IMG/VR virus record: IMGVR_UViG_3300024325_000005
Span: 1 to 42,263 of that record
Length of the DNA stretch: 42,263 nucleotides
Direction: 5' to 3' (one strand)
Origin: a virus
Taxonomy: Duplodnaviria > Caudoviricetes
How positions within the stretch are numbered: the stretch's first letter is position 1; each line of letters starts with the position of its first letter. The translations under genes and the position numbers were made by a program. Positions 34,462 through 42,263 of the stretch are shown one piece after another. The notes beneath the pieces are model-generated. The model made no database searches, was not told where the DNA came from, and saw only the letters and a list, made by a program, of their open reading frames with translations.

Positions 34462-35862
34462 TTACAGGTCCGCGCTGACCGCGATCGAGCCGGCGCCGCC
34501 GCCGCCCTGCAACGTCGCGCCCTGGCCGGCGGTGCCGGTGCCGGTCGCCGTCAGGCCGATCTGCGTGGTGGTGTGCGTGCCGGAGGCCGCCAGCGCGGTG
34601 GCCGCCACGATGCCGCCGGTGGAACTGTTCGACTTGAACGAACCGACGGTCACGGTGACCGTCGGCGCCGTCCGCATCGTGACCGGCAGCCCCATCGACC
34701 ACAGTTCCACGTTCGTCGAAACCACGTGCCCGGCCGCGACGATGTTGCCGCTGGCCGGCTCGTTCAGCTGGTAGAAGTAGCGCTGGCACAACGCGAGTTC
34801 GACCTCGATGTCGCGGTGCTCGTAGGGCGAGGCGCCCTGACCGTCTTCGAGTTGGAAGCCGTTCAGGATGACCGAGTCGTCGGCGCCGGCGGTGCCCACC
34901 GGCGTCCACTGGATAATGATGCCCAGCTGCGTGCAGCCCGCCGGCACGGTGCCGGTGAACTGGTAGCGCGTCATGGTCCCGGTGATGGCCTGCGTGGTGT
35001 TGACCACGTGCGTCTGGCCGCTCCACGTGCCGCCGATCAGGTTCGCCGCCGACTGGTCGGTGCCGGTGCCGCTCTCGACCTGAACGGTGAGCGCGCCGCC
35101 GGAGTAGTTGGCGCCCGAGCGGGCCCAGAAGGAGAACGTAACCGTGCGGCCCTGCATCCGGATCGAGTCGATCGACTCCAGGGCCTGGCAAAGGTTGATC
35201 GCCGCGGTGTCGGCGTTGGCGCTCTTGCGCTGGAACTTCAGCGACTTCGAGAACCCGGCGACGGTCGTGTCGGCGTTGATCGACCAGTTGATCGCACTGG
35301 AGGCCCCGCCCTTGAACGCAAAGCGGTCGGGGCCGTAAGTCGTGGTGGCGGCGATGTCGGCGGCCTGCGACGTCCCGCGCTGGGCGGGGTTGATCGTCAT
35401 GTCGGTGCCGTCGAGGATGTTCCGGAAGTTCGCGAACGGCTGGCTCGCGTTCATCAGCGCGACCAGGCCGGGGACCGGCTCGTGGTATACGTCCGCGAGC
35501 GACGTCGCCCCGGTGGGCCCGCCGTCGTTGGTATTGCCGATGGGACCGGCCACGATGTGACCGAACGGGTACGTCACCCCGGACTTGTAAATCGTGGTCA
35601 CCTGCTGCTTCACCGTGTCCCAGAACACGGCGGTGCCGACGGCGTAGGCCGCGTCGGCGGGGATGGTGTAGACGCCGCCGCCGGCGGCGAAGGCGTCGGG
35701 CGTGAGGGCGTTGCCGCTCCACGCCGGGTTATCCTCGTGGGCCACGAACGGGACGTTCCCGATCACGACCACGTCGCCCGCGCTGTACGAGGAGCCGGGG
35801 TTGTTCTTCACCATCACCGGCTTGCCGTACTTGTAAATCGCCATTGTCATGGGAAAGCCCAT
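34462..35862 (-). CDS. DUF2190-like protein fused to a fibre/carbohydrate-binding-like domain
   Basis: YSAGDVVVIG, GGVY, GTAVFWD; then NILDG.M.INPAQRG, DRF, TFSFWARS, QLEDG..ASPYEHR...ELALCQRYF. Confidence 0.72.
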   Translation of the reverse strand: MGFPMTMAIYKYGKPVMVKNNPGSSYSAGDVVVIGNVPFVAHEDNPAWSGNALTPDAFAAGGGVYTIPADAAYAVGTAVFWDTVKQQVTTIYKSGVTYPFGHIVAGPIGNTNDGGPTGATSLADVYHEPVPGLVALMNASQPFANFRNILDGTDMTINPAQRGTSQAADIAATTTYGPDRFAFKGGASSAINWSINADTTVAGFSKSLKFQRKSANADTAAINLCQALESIDSIRMQGRTVTFSFWARSGANYSGGALTVQVESGTGTDQSAANLIGGTWSGQTHVVNTTQAITGTMTRYQFTGTVPAGCTQLGIIIQWTPVGTAGADDSVILNGFQLEDGQGASPYEHRDIEVELALCQRYFYQLNEPASGNIVAAGHVVSTNVELWSMGLPVTMRTAPTVTVTVGSFKSNSSTGGIVAATALAASGTHTTTQIGLTATGTGTAGQGATLQGGGGAGSIAVSADL

Positions 35863-35890
35863 CCGTGGGTCGAAGGTCCGTTAAACCCCT

Positions 35891-35916
35891 GCGTGAGCCC
35901 CGATCGGGGCTCACGC
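35891..35916. terminator. Perfect 26-bp palindrome just downstream of the capsid gene
   Basis: GCGTGAGCCCCGATCGGGGCTCACGC. Confidence 0.55.
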
Positions 35917-35927
35917 GAAAGTCAGAA

Positions 35928-38333
35928 TCACGCGCCGGCCGAGAACACGCCGCCGCGGAAGTTTTGCTGGTTGCTGCCGAACGGCATCGTGCCGCGGATC
36001 GAGACGCCCAGGCGATCGAACTGGTACTCGGGGCTTGCCTGCAACACGGTCGGCGTGTCGACGCCGTTGAGGAAGCACACCTCGAGGATCGCCAGGGCGA
36101 CCGGGTTGAACAGCACGTACCAGCCGGTGGCGCTGTTCACATAGTTGGCGTTTTCGAGGTAGCGACTCATGACCGGCTTCATCAGTCCGGCCCAGACGTT
36201 GCCGTCGGGCTGGAGCGGAGTCGCGGTCTGCCCGGTGCCGGCCAGCGCGTTGTAGCGCAAGAGTTCGGTGGCCGGTCGCCACAGGGTGGGCGGGAAGAGC
36301 AGGATCGGCATGAGCCCGTCGAAGCCCAACGGGTTGCCGTTCGGATCCAACTGATTATCGAACGCCGCCTTGGCCGTGGTCAGCGACGTCGACGACAGGG
36401 CCGAGCCGCCGCCGGTGAACTTGTTCAACTTGTAGGCCTTGCCGGCGGACTTGCTCGCCGCGGTGGTGTCGCTCGACGTCCGCCAGAAGGAGACCCCGTC
36501 GTCGCCGAGCGTGGTGCCGGCGGCCATGTTCTTCATCAGCGTGAAGATGTTGTCGTTGAGGGCGAGGCCGGCGCCCTGGCCGATCTTCATCGGCGCACCG
36601 GTGAGCATCCCCAGGTCGTCGTTGACCAGGTGCATCCAGGGGAGCGTCCCGATCAGGCCGAACAGCGCGGCCTGGTTCGCGAACGCCTGGTCGCCGAAGC
36701 TCAGGTTCGCGAGTTCGCCCGACGAGCCGACCTGCTGGTACAGGACGTTGCCGAGCAGGTTGATCGACTTCGCCGGCTTGAAGTCGTTCACGCTGCGGAT
36801 CGCGCAGAACTCCCGCCAGGCCTGCTCGGTGAACAGGTAACCCTGGAGCGCGAACTTGTTCATCACGTTCGCGAGGATGTTCGAGATCGAGAGGTTGCTC
36901 GCGCCCTCGGCCTCGATCCGGTTCTGGTTCTCGTAGTGGCCCCAGGCGGCGAGGATCGAGCGAACGCCCGTCTCCGTCTTCCAACTCATCGACCGGCCGT
37001 AGCCGGCGGCCTGCAACCCGACGCGGATGATCTCTTGCGGCCCGATCCGACCTTTGAAATGGTCGTGTGCGGCCTGTTGCACCTGGTCGGTGTATTTCGC
37101 CCGGAACGGCTTGCGGGTCTCGGCTTCGAGGTACTCCGGCACCCGGCGCATCATGCCTTTGCCGTCCGGCGTGGCCTCCAGGTAGAAGGCGTCGCTGTCC
37201 AGTTGGAACTGATGCCGGCCGGCGTGGAACACGGCGGCTTCGAGGACGGCCTCGGTGACCTCGGGCGTGGACTTGCTGAACGCCAGGCCGCCGGGCACGC
37301 CGACGCGACCGTTGGGTCGGGCCGCCTTGAGCGCGGCCAGTTCGGTCCGCTCAATCGTCCAGTTCTCGGCGATCGCATGGGCGGCGAGGTTGACCTTCTT
37401 GCCGTCGAGTTCGATTTCGACCACGGCGTTGTCGGCGCACGCCTTCAGGATTGCGGCGTGCCGCTGGATCTGCGCCGCGGCCTGGACGTTCAGGTCCTTG
37501 AGGACCTGCTGGCCGGCGAGGGTGAGCGCTTGACGCCGGGCGGACTCCGACGCGTCGTCGTCATCGTCGTCGTCGTCGTCGTCGTCCGCCATGCACTTCT
37601 TGAGTGCGGCGCGGGCGGCCTCGGCGTCCATGTCGTCAATTTCCGAGTCGGTGTACTTCGCGGCCTTCTTGGCGGCGCGGAGTTCGGCCATCAACGCCTT
37701 AAGCGCGATCTTCCAGTTCATTCCCCGTCCCTCCTTGGACGCGGCCACGGTCGCCGACGTGTCGCCGTCGGCGCCCAGCGGTACGAACGAATATTCTTCA
37801 ATCTCTGTTTCGCGTGAAATCGTCATGGGGCCCGTGACGGTGCGGCCGTTGACCTTGGCCTCTTCGCCGGCCTCCAGGAACTCGGTGCGAATGGGATTCG
37901 CGCCCACCGACATCTGCCAGGGGAAATCGTTCTTCGCCGGGCCGACGACCTTCGCCACGTGCTCGGCCTCGCCGCTGAACACGCCGGCGACTTCGACGCC
38001 GGCGGCGGTGACCTTGACCGACGTGGTGTGCCCGACAATCTGTTCGTGGTCGTGCTGGCGCAGCGCGGGGCTGTGGTCGCGCGTCGTGACCCCGTCGAGG
38101 TCGATGATGATGGGCAGGTACCAGCCGCCGGGCTTCATGGGCGCGCCGGTGTAGGCCACGCCTTCAAAGGTCGCCAGCTTCCCCTCGCCCTCGACCGCGG
38201 CCTGCACTTTCGCGCGGGCGCCGGTCGCCTTGAACGGCCGAGGCGCGTCGCGTCGCGCCGCGATCCGCTGCACTTGCTTGGCAGCAACGCGGGCAATGCG
38301 GGCGGCGTTTCGGCGGGCGTGGCGGTTGGGCAT
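35928..38333 (-). CDS. Prohead protease-scaffold-major capsid fusion
   Basis: AYTG, HDH, WQMSVGA, EYSFVPLGAD protease motifs; capsid region W..FC..RSVNDFK, GE.., FLNG..TP; start uncertain (38333 or 38405). Confidence 0.88.
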   Translation of the reverse strand: MPNRHARRNAARIARVAAKQVQRIAARRDAPRPFKATGARAKVQAAVEGEGKLATFEGVAYTGAPMKPGGWYLPIIIDLDGVTTRDHSPALRQHDHEQIVGHTTSVKVTAAGVEVAGVFSGEAEHVAKVVGPAKNDFPWQMSVGANPIRTEFLEAGEEAKVNGRTVTGPMTISRETEIEEYSFVPLGADGDTSATVAASKEGRGMNWKIALKALMAELRAAKKAAKYTDSEIDDMDAEAARAALKKCMADDDDDDDDDDDASESARRQALTLAGQQVLKDLNVQAAAQIQRHAAILKACADNAVVEIELDGKKVNLAAHAIAENWTIERTELAALKAARPNGRVGVPGGLAFSKSTPEVTEAVLEAAVFHAGRHQFQLDSDAFYLEATPDGKGMMRRVPEYLEAETRKPFRAKYTDQVQQAAHDHFKGRIGPQEIIRVGLQAAGYGRSMSWKTETGVRSILAAWGHYENQNRIEAEGASNLSISNILANVMNKFALQGYLFTEQAWREFCAIRSVNDFKPAKSINLLGNVLYQQVGSSGELANLSFGDQAFANQAALFGLIGTLPWMHLVNDDLGMLTGAPMKIGQGAGLALNDNIFTLMKNMAAGTTLGDDGVSFWRTSSDTTAASKSAGKAYKLNKFTGGGSALSSTSLTTAKAAFDNQLDPNGNPLGFDGLMPILLFPPTLWRPATELLRYNALAGTGQTATPLQPDGNVWAGLMKPVMSRYLENANYVNSATGWYVLFNPVALAILEVCFLNGVDTPTVLQASPEYQFDRLGVSIRGTMPFGSNQQNFRGGVFSAGA

Positions 38334-38421
38334 GGGACCAATCCGTTGGTCGGGGGCCTCGACAGGTCGGGGGCGATTGTTTCGCCGCGGCCGATCCGAA
38401 TTCAATTCGCGCCGTCGATTT

Positions 38422-39885
38422 TCACGCGGCGGCGGCGGCCGGCGCCCCGTCGTCGATGCGCTCGGTTTTCTTCATGGGCTCGCCGAACGTGAGGTTGAGC
38501 CGCTCGATTTCCTTCTTCTCGGCGGCCTGCTGTTCCATCACCTGAATCCAGTCGTAGCCGCGGCTGGCCCAGAACTCGCGCCAGGTGAGCGTCCCGCCGG
38601 CGATCCGGGCCAGGTCGGCGTTGGTCTCGGCGGTGGTGTCGAGCATGGGGAAGCCGGGCCAGTGCCACTCGTGGGGCACGTCGGCGATCGAGCGGACGGA
38701 TTTCGGCAAGAGGCCGGGTACGCGGCTGGCCTCGGCAATGAACTCCGCGAACGTCGGGTCGAGCACAACAACCTCGCAGTCGGACCGCTCGACGGTGAGG
38801 CTCTGGCGATAGTTCAAGTGGTCGAGGCGGGCGCTGCTGAAGTTGAATTTCTGCGACGTCCCGAGCGCCAGGTTGAGCGGGTAATTGAGCGGCCGGCACG
38901 CCTCGCCCAGGCACTTCTCCTGAAACATCTCGTAGGTGGTGCTGGGCTCGCTCGACGCGAACTGCGCCAGCTTGGCGCCGCCGGGCGTGGTCACCATCAT
39001 GCCGTTGTCGATCGGCAACTTGTCGAACGGCTCGGCGTCGGTGTTGTCCTCGGCGTTCGCCGGCGCGGGCATTTCCAGGACGGCGGTGAGGTTCGCCGCG
39101 ACCTGGACCTTGGCAAGGATCGCTTTCCGGAACGCTCGCAACTCGGTGAACTCGTCGAGGCTCGGCGTGAACACCGGGATCCCGCGGACCTGGCCGGGCC
39201 GGAATTTGTAGAGCCACTGCACGACGTAGCGGGCGAGGATCCGGTCGGTCTTGAGCGGGTTCAACTCGGGGAAGAACAGGTCGCCGGGATGGTGCCGGAG
39301 CGCGTGGTACGCCGTCGGCCGGCCGGTGACCGGGTGAAGCTCCAGCCCGTCAACCCACAGTTCGTTGAGGTTCTTGGGCGCGGGGCTCGTGAACTGGTCG
39401 GTCTCGACGTCGAGGGGGTAGAGCTTGACCGGGCCCTTCAGGTCCTCCACGGTCTTCAGGATCCAGAACCCCTCGCCGTCGACGGTGCGCGCCAGTTTGA
39501 TGGTGCGGATCTTCTCGACGAGCGCGACCTCGTGGGACCACTCCCGCCAGGCCGCCTCGATCTGCCGGTTGTCCGCGGCCGAGGGCAACATGCACTTGAG
39601 GGTGGGGCCGCGGTCGACCAGGTCGTCGGCGTTGGAGCGGGTAATGCCGAAGAGGTACGGGTTGTTGGCCACCTCGTAGCGCGATCGGGTGCGGAGGTTG
39701 CGGCGCGTCTGGTAGTTGTGCGCGGCCTTCGCCGACAGCACGTCGGTCATCCACCAGTTGCGTTTGTTCTCGTCGGTGTTGAGGGCGTTGTCGTAGCGGG
39801 CCTGCACCGTCGGCCGGCGGGCCGGTGCCGGCGCCGGCACTGCGGGCCGGCCGCCGCCGAACAGGTTGCGCGCCCACTGGAACAT
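38422..39885 (-). CDS. Portal protein, lambda family
   Basis: LRTRSRYEVANNPY, DGE, RPGQVRGIP, NFSSARLD. Confidence 0.93.
   Translation of the reverse strand: MFQWARNLFGGGRPAVPAPAPARRPTVQARYDNALNTDENKRNWWMTDVLSAKAAHNYQTRRNLRTRSRYEVANNPYLFGITRSNADDLVDRGPTLKCMLPSAADNRQIEAAWREWSHEVALVEKIRTIKLARTVDGEGFWILKTVEDLKGPVKLYPLDVETDQFTSPAPKNLNELWVDGLELHPVTGRPTAYHALRHHPGDLFFPELNPLKTDRILARYVVQWLYKFRPGQVRGIPVFTPSLDEFTELRAFRKAILAKVQVAANLTAVLEMPAPANAEDNTDAEPFDKLPIDNGMMVTTPGGAKLAQFASSEPSTTYEMFQEKCLGEACRPLNYPLNLALGTSQKFNFSSARLDHLNYRQSLTVERSDCEVVVLDPTFAEFIAEASRVPGLLPKSVRSIADVPHEWHWPGFPMLDTTAETNADLARIAGGTLTWREFWASRGYDWIQVMEQQAAEKKEIERLNLTFGEPMKKTERIDDGAPAAAAA
39825..39840. repeat. Dispersed 16-bp palindrome, copy 5
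   Basis: GTGCCGGCGCCGGCAC in the portal N-terminus. Confidence 0.9.
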
Positions 39886-39886
39886 G

Positions 39887-40126
39887 TCAACACCCGTTGA
39901 ACCCGGAGCCGGTGCGGGATCCGCCGTTGTCGGACATGGCGCCGGGGTTGATAATCTTCGAGAAGTAGCAGCCGCGGCGGCGCTTCTTCACGCCGACGGC
40001 CGCGGCCGCGTACTGGTCGCCCTTGATCTGGTCGGGGATCGCCTGCTGCGTCGCCGTGGTCCCGTCGGTGGTGACCTCCAGCGGGCTCAGGGCGTTCGTC
40101 TGAATTTGGGATGATTGTTCAGCCAT
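39887..40126 (-). CDS. gpW-like head-tail joining protein
   Basis: Small gene between terL and portal, as in lambda A-W-B order. Confidence 0.6.
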   Translation of the reverse strand: MAEQSSQIQTNALSPLEVTTDGTTATQQAIPDQIKGDQYAAAAVGVKKRRRGCYFSKIINPGAMSDNGGSRTGSGFNGC

Positions 40127-40133
40127 GCCGCGA

Positions 40134-42263
40134 TCATGCGCCCGGCGGCCGTCCGGGGGCAATCGGCCCATGCTTCGCGGCGTACACGTCGGAGAGCTTC
40201 ACGCGCTTCTTGGCCTGCGCCTTGACCGGATCCTCGCCGGCGGCCACCGCCGCGCTGAAACTGACCCCGCTCACCGAGGCCGCCACGGCTGCCCCGATCA
40301 CGCAATCCCACCAGTGGTTCTCGCGCTGGTCGGGGTAACAGCGCCACTCCTCGATCCGTCGCAGGCCGACGACGGGCATCCGGTACTCGGCGAGCAGGTG
40401 CTGGGCGAGCAGGGCCTGGGGCTGGAGCGCGGCGCCCGACAGGTAGAACGACCCGCTCGCCCCGGCCGGCGCCAGGATCGCCTCGGCGATAAACGTCTTC
40501 CACTCGTTGGTGTCGAAGGAAACGTACCGGCCCTTCGCCTGCGTCCGCGCCTCGATCCGCCAGTTCCAGCCCACGCGATCGCCGGCCTCGCGGCGGTATT
40601 CGTTGAGCGGCTTTTGGTTGGGCCCGACGTACCGGCCCTTCGACGCCTGCAACACGGGCCGCAGCGGCGACCGCGACAGGAAGTCGTGAATCGCGTCGGG
40701 CTCGTAACCCGCGTCGATCAGACACAGCGACGGCGAGAGCACGCCGTCGGCGTCGGCCTGTTTGTACGGCTGGCTGATGATGCGTTGGACCAGTTGCGTC
40801 AGAGCCGAGTAAATGCGGGCCCGGTTTTCGAGGTTGGGGAACTGGTCGGAGAGTTTCCGCGGCGGCGCCCCCGCGCTGAACACGTCGGTCGGCTGCCCGG
40901 GGAAGGTGCCGTAATCCACCAGGGCCCCGCCGAACCGCTCGGTCCAGCCGCACACTGCCCAGAACAGGATCTCTTGCTGCACGTCGACGAACGCCGTGAG
41001 CTTGTTACACTCGCGCGGAACCAGGCCGCGCGGCAGCCGGTTGAGCTTCCGGGCCAGGTCCTCTTCGGTGAGTTGCCGGCACTCGGTCAGGCTCGCGTCT
41101 TGGTTCGGGTCGTTTTGCCACTCGGCCTGAAAGACGGCCGGCTTGTCGAACCGGACATTCATAGCCGTGTGGAGCGCGTCGAGGTCCCCCGGCTTCACCC
41201 GCGCCGGCCAGGCAACGTCGGCGCCTTCGTGCATCGCGTCCCAGTTCGCCTCAAGGAACTCGGTCGCTTCCTCGCCGCGGCGGCCCGCGCGGTAACTGTC
41301 CGCGCGGATGTTGGCGTACTCCTCCCACAGGGCCATCTGAGTGGGCATCGACCGCACGGCCTTGAACCGACGGCCGCCCCAGGTCGGGTTCCGGGTGCCG
41401 TCGAGCAGCCGGTCCGCCAGGTCGCGGGGGAAGATCACGGTCACGAGGCCGATCCCGGCCATCACCGTGTTGGGCCCGGCGAGTTCGCCGATGTCCCCTT
41501 GGATCACGGCCTCCCGGTAGTTCGTTTGCTCGAACGACTTGGCGCTCTCCCGTGTCTGCGGATCGTCGCACAAAAACATATCGGGACGGACCGTCTCGCC
41601 GGCGGGCCCGGTGTCGTTCGCGCCCCGGATCGCCCCGGTGATGCCGCGGGTCCAGATAATCGCACCGGCGGCGGCCGAGCCGGGCACGTTGGCCAGGCGG
41701 ATGCTGTCGTCCTTCCACACGATCGCCGTGGGTTGCCCGTCGAGGGTCTGGGCCTTGGCGCGCTGGGTGATCCGCTCCAGCCGGTGGACCGGGTAGCACA
41801 CCTCGGGAAAGTCGGCGAGGAGCAGTTCGTTCGACTCGAAACTGGCTTTGATGTCGCGCATCAGGGAGACGGCGTCGCCGTCCGTGGCCCCGACCAGGAC
41901 GACGAACCGCCGGCTGCCGCGGAGGACCGCCCACTCGACCGCCGCCTTCGCCAGGGCCGACTTGCCCGAGCCGCGGGGCATGGCCAGCGCGAACAGGCCG
42001 CCGACCATAACGCATTGCTCGAGCCGGGCAATGACCTCCAGGTGGTCGTCGGACCAGGCGAGGTAGAACTTGGGCGCGTGGTACGTCTCGCAGTACACCC
42101 GCAGCGACGCCAGGGCCGCCGCCCGGCGGTCCGGGTACGCGATCGCCGGCAGCGGGCCGATCTCGCGGCCGGCGGCCGACCGGCTGCGGGAGATCTTCGC
42201 CTGGGCCTCGCGGACCTTCTCGTATTCGTTTCCGCGCAAACTAAGTCTGTCTGTTTTTTCGGG
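40134..42263 (-). CDS. Terminase large subunit, GpA family (frame open to the window edge)
   Basis: Walker A MPRGSGKS, Walker B LCDDPQT, nuclease VDVQ, IDAG, NHWWDC. Confidence 0.92.
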   Translation of the reverse strand, partial: PEKTDRLSLRGNEYEKVREAQAKISRSRSAAGREIGPLPAIAYPDRRAAALASLRVYCETYHAPKFYLAWSDDHLEVIARLEQCVMVGGLFALAMPRGSGKSALAKAAVEWAVLRGSRRFVVLVGATDGDAVSLMRDIKASFESNELLLADFPEVCYPVHRLERITQRAKAQTLDGQPTAIVWKDDSIRLANVPGSAAAGAIIWTRGITGAIRGANDTGPAGETVRPDMFLCDDPQTRESAKSFEQTNYREAVIQGDIGELAGPNTVMAGIGLVTVIFPRDLADRLLDGTRNPTWGGRRFKAVRSMPTQMALWEEYANIRADSYRAGRRGEEATEFLEANWDAMHEGADVAWPARVKPGDLDALHTAMNVRFDKPAVFQAEWQNDPNQDASLTECRQLTEEDLARKLNRLPRGLVPRECNKLTAFVDVQQEILFWAVCGWTERFGGALVDYGTFPGQPTDVFSAGAPPRKLSDQFPNLENRARIYSALTQLVQRIISQPYKQADADGVLSPSLCLIDAGYEPDAIHDFLSRSPLRPVLQASKGRYVGPNQKPLNEYRREAGDRVGWNWRIEARTQAKGRYVSFDTNEWKTFIAEAILAPAGASGSFYLSGAALQPQALLAQHLLAEYRMPVVGLRRIEEWRCYPDQRENHWWDCVIGAAVAASVSGVSFSAAVAAGEDPVKAQAKKRVKLSDVYAAKHGPIAPGRPPGA

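Larger units (their letters stand above)
1..42263. mobile_element. Temperate siphovirus genome, excised/virion form, probable Planctomycete host
   Basis: Full head, tail, replication and integration gene set; intact attP next to integrase; terminase gene split across the two window ends; no host housekeeping genes. Confidence 0.93.

Noticed and set aside
37554-37586. (GTC)n microsatellite as a phase-variation locus
   Set aside because: Triplet repeat encoding a poly-Asp linker; length change would not shift the frame
23767-39900. Long plus-strand ORFs (23767-25464, 28787-30454, 34120-36144, 35844-37817, 38230-39900)
   Set aside because: Antisense shadows of well-supported structural genes

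Overview
The window looks like a complete or nearly complete ~42.3 kb GC-rich temperate siphovirus genome in its excised (attP) form. The probable host is a Planctomycete; this is inferred from recalled protein family styles, not from a search. The minus strand from 42263 to about 21000 carries a lambda-like late operon: GpA-type terminase, gpW-like protein, portal, protease-capsid fusion, two extended DUF2190-like proteins, an RcGTA-type spike base, neck/tail genes, tape measure, and an atypical lysis-position module built around a secreted papain-like peptidase. The plus strand from 11843 to 19595 is an early operon: CsrA, an HTH replication initiator with internal iterons, a large ParB, two J-domain proteins and a DNA methyltransferase. 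A tyrosine integrase sits next to attP, which is the 3' half of tRNA-Gly(CCC). An XRE regulator and a lipoprotein lie on the far side of attP. The left 9 kb holds an amidoligase/GATase operon, an ASCH protein, and a ParB-N + ABC-ATPase/GNAT module. Most notable observations: (1) five exact copies of a 16-bp palindrome, GTGCCGGCGCCGGCAC, hidden in coding linkers around the genome (candidate parS/operator for an orphan ParB); (2) both window ends fall inside the terminase gene, 24 bp from a lambda cosQ-identical heptamer; (3) an origin-iteron copy doubling as a terminator hairpin in the tail operon; (4) GGA-repeat leaders that may be targets of the phage CsrA. All family assignments come from motif recognition only; no searches were run.
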